From an uncultured Candidatus Saccharibacteria bacterium (GTDB taxonomy: Bacteria; Patescibacteriota; Minisyncoccia; Phycocordibacterales; UBA9973): DNA of 57,529 nt. A program made the position numbers and the translations under genes. The DNA lies in assembly GCA_964481155.1 (NCBI GenBank), contig CAYZSX010000002.1:1-57529 (forward strand), in the 5' to 3' direction. Of the stretch, positions 55,535-57,529 are shown piece by piece. The number at the start of each line of letters is the position of its first letter. Within the stretch, counting starts at the first letter, position 1. The notes beneath the pieces are model-generated. The model saw only the letters and a list, made by a program, of their open reading frames with translations, was not told where the DNA came from and did not search any database.

Positions 55535-56310
55535 AATGCTTTGGAAGTAAACGGGTTGACTCGAGGGATCACCTCGATACGTTCGATCGGCACGGGCATA
55601 GCAAATGGCCACGTAAAGACTACCTGTTGAGCACTCTGACCTGGGAGAGTTTTGAGGTATGCCTTGGATGCCGTGACAGCGTTGTCATCTGCATCGTACA
55701 AGATAGCCACCACATCCACATCGCGGAAACTTGTACGACTCGTGTTGTCGATTGTCGCAGTGAGTCTCGTGCTATCGGTGAGTGACTCGAGCGCCGTGCG
55801 ATCAGTTTTGATCACAACTTGTGAGTAGCTCGCAGGGATCTTTTCCCATGGAAGCGGTGGTATCACACTAAACCGTACAAGTGCAGGCGCAACGTTACCA
55901 GTCTTGATAAGCGTCTCAACGATAGCGGTGCGGCCCATAGGACCTACAAACGTCGATCCGGTACGCTCAGCAATGAGCGTGTTTTTGTCGTCATAGAGTT
56001 TGAAACTATAGCGCATCGTACGCGCTGCAGCGGTCGGATACGTGTGCTCGATATATGCTACTGCATGCACGATACCTGGCCTGATCTCAAACGTACGCAC
56101 CCACCGCACTTTGGGATCGGCGAGCTCATCGCGACAATAAAATGTGCAAGGACCACCACAGTCGATACCAACCTCTCCTTGGTTTTGCTTGCCATCATAA
56201 CAGGTCGGCGCAACTTTGGTTGTCTGTCTAACGACAAGCGCAAGTAGTCCTACGAGTACCAGTAGTACCCCCATCACATACGCAAGTTTGCGCCGCTGTG
56301 CCCAAGTCAT
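55531..56310 (-). CDS. membrane-anchored hypothetical protein
   Basis: The start was moved to MTWAQRRKLAYVMGVLLVLVGLLALVV. The extracytoplasmic part has a Cys-rich segment (CYDGKQNQGEVGIDCGGPCTFYC) and a beta-rich domain. No family recognised. Confidence 0.55.
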   Translation of the reverse strand: MTWAQRRKLAYVMGVLLVLVGLLALVVRQTTKVAPTCYDGKQNQGEVGIDCGGPCTFYCRDELADPKVRWVRTFEIRPGIVHAVAYIEHTYPTAAARTMRYSFKLYDDKNTLIAERTGSTFVGPMGRTAIVETLIKTGNVAPALVRFSVIPPLPWEKIPASYSQVVIKTDRTALESLTDSTRLTATIDNTSRTSFRDVDVVAILYDADDNAVTASKAYLKTLPGQSAQQVVFTWPFAMPVPIERIEVIPRVNPFTSKAL

Positions 56311-56326
56311 ATCGACCAAGTATAAC

Positions 56327-56348
56327 AAAAAACCGCCCTTGCGGGCAG
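56327..56348 (-). terminator. rho-independent terminator of the rRNA operon
   Basis: On the minus strand CTGCCC-GCAA-GGGCGG (a GNRA tetraloop) is followed by TTTTTT. It lies about 40 nt after the 5S 3' end. Confidence 0.75.
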
Positions 56349-56384
56349 TGTTTTGTTGTGTGATTGAACAAGTTCAAGCGCACA

Positions 56385-56498
<114 letters not shown>

Positions 56499-56846
56499 GT
56501 GCGCTCGAATATTTATTTTTTTCCGCCGGCTGGCGGATTATGATTTCCAGATTTCCTAATAGGACTTGGGCAATTAGTACACCTTGGCTCAACGCATTGC
56601 TGCGCTTCCACCTAGTGCCTATCAACGTGATCATCTCTCACGGCCCTCAAACGATACCTTATCTTAGAACTGGCTTCCCTCTTAGATGCTTTCAGAGGTT
56701 ATCCATTCCGAACATAGCTACCGGGCGGTCCAGCTGGCGCTAGAGCCCGTACACCAGAGGTTCGTTCACTCCGGTCCTCTCGTACTAGGAGCGAACTTCT
56801 TCAAGTATCAACGCCTGCAGTAGATAGGAGACCAACCTGTCTTACG

Positions 56847-57489
56847 CTTCTTTTCATTTGTTACCAAATGGAATGGACTATATCTTCTTCTCAAAATAAA
56901 TTGAGAAGCTCAACGTGGTTGTAGTCTCTAGAGGTTCTGTGTAAGATGGTTTTTCAATCTTTCTAATTCATCCTCTAAACGAATTCTTTCGGCGTCTTGC
57001 TCTGGAGTTAATTCTTCCTTTGCTTTGAATTTTCCGCGAAGATATATGTACTGACTAATGTCCGTATAAACTCCTTCATAAGAATTAGTTTTAGTTTCAG
57101 AATTATTTTGAATTTTTTCGATATTTTCCATATCCTTAATATACCACAGATTCCCTCGGAATTGTCCAAATAAATTTGGATTCTTCCGATATTAGTTGAG
57201 CATGTACATATACATCGCTGTATATGACCGCCGTAACTGATTGGTTTCTTTATTACTATCTTTCTCTCATGTGCTTTTGCAGAAAAACACACGAGCTTTA
57301 ACCTTATTAGACGAAAAGACTAAAACATATTTTATATGTGAATGTTTTTATAAAAAACATTTCAAAAAATTTCCTCAAGGATTCAGACGGTGAGTCAGTC
57401 AAAAGAGACTTGAACTCATGAGTATCACGCAAACAAGAGTCGTAACCCTTCGTTCCGTACACTACAATGATAAAACTTTTCACTTCCTC
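56847..57489 (-). other. 643-nt AT-rich intervening sequence in 23S rRNA (candidate group I intron or CPR-type rRNA insertion)
   Basis: Conserved 23S sequence stops at ...GGGTTCAGACCGT (57490) and resumes at CGTAAGACAGGTTGGTC (56846). Joined, the two ends recreate the conserved ...AGAACGTCGTGAGACAG... region as I recall it for E. coli. The upstream exon ends in U and the insert ends in G, as group I introns do. Boundaries are good to within a few nt. Confidence 0.75.
56928..57131 (-). CDS. 67-aa ORF inside the 23S insertion, of uncertain function
   Basis: MENIEKIQNNSETKTNSYEGVYTDISQYIYLRGKFKAKEELTPEQDAERIRLEDELERLKNHLTQNL. The frame stays open a further 20 codons upstream but has no ATG there. 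No LAGLIDADG, GIY-YIG or HNH motif is visible. Confidence 0.3.
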   Translation of the reverse strand: MENIEKIQNNSETKTNSYEGVYTDISQYIYLRGKFKAKEELTPEQDAERIRLEDELERLKNHLTQNL

Positions 57490-57529
57490 ACGGTCTGAAC
57501 CCAGCTCGCGTACCTTTTTAATTGGCGAA

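Larger units (their letters stand above)
56555..57529 (-). rRNA. rrl: 23S ribosomal RNA, 3' portion, interrupted by an insertion and running off the window
   Basis: The reverse complement contains universally conserved 23S elements: TTCGCCAATTAAAAAGGTACGCGAGCTGGGTTCAGACCGT, CGTAAGACAGGTTGGTC, the sarcin-ricin loop CTCCTAGTACGAGAGGACC, GGATAACCTCTGAAAGCATCTAAG and the 3' GGTGTACTAATTGCCC. The 3' end is approximate. Confidence 0.9.

Noticed and set aside
56523-56536. The hairpin CCGCC-GGCT-GGCGG in the 23S-5S spacer as a terminator.
   Set aside because: On the transcribed (minus) strand it is followed by an A run, not a U run, and it sits between two co-transcribed rRNAs. It is more likely part of a processing stem.
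57008-57292. A 94-aa ORF in the 23S insertion as a homing endonuclease.
   Set aside because: It has no ATG start and overlaps the 67-aa ORF in another frame. The product is Ile/Lys-rich, as expected from AT-rich sequence, and has no LAGLIDADG, GIY-YIG or HNH motif.

Overview
The window reads as a gene-dense bacterial chromosome segment in which nearly everything is on the minus strand. Genes are short, tightly packed or overlapping. The content looks like a reduced Patescibacteria/CPR-type genome; that placement is inference only.

Layout from left to right:
- 1-5.1 kb: a partial tRNA-Met, gatC-gatA and ligA.
- 5.1-17.7 kb: a complete type IV pilus locus with no secretin. It holds four minor pseudopilins, pilD, two pilins, pilC, pilT, a CheY-like receiver, pilB, an accessory protein, pilO, pilN and pilM, with comF divergent from it.
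- 18.4-26.6 kb: murF, a short hinge-less SMC, rnc, a NusB-NUDIX fusion, rpmF and thrS.
- 26.7-38.4 kb: a surface-protein operon. It encodes two membrane-anchored cohesin proteins, a dockerin protein, a DUF916/CscA-like anchored protein, a 360-aa secreted protein and a 2129-aa repeat protein. The last two share a C-terminal domain.
- 38.7-45.7 kb: gyrB, a tail-fibre-like protein with an S74 chaperone domain, and a UvrD-type helicase fused to a Cas4-like nuclease.
- 46.7-56.3 kb: tRNA-Ser, then htpX, DUF2207, a small membrane protein and lemA, a CAP-domain protein, secDF, a PAP2 phosphatase and an FtsW/RodA-family protein.
- 56.4 kb to the end: 5S rRNA and the 3' part of 23S rRNA. The 23S is interrupted by a 643-nt AT-rich insertion.

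Most interesting observations:
- the surface operon as a whole;
- an exact 254-nt direct repeat inside the giant gene;
- the 23S insertion;
- an exact 68-nt duplication of the htpX 5' end that now forms the start of the DUF2207 gene;
- a pilin globular domain grafted onto a polytopic membrane N-terminus.

No CRISPR array, transposase or integrase was seen. CDS coordinates include the stop codon, following the ORF-track convention. Several starts were moved inward from the longest ORF where a conserved N-terminus or the neighbouring gene argued for it.
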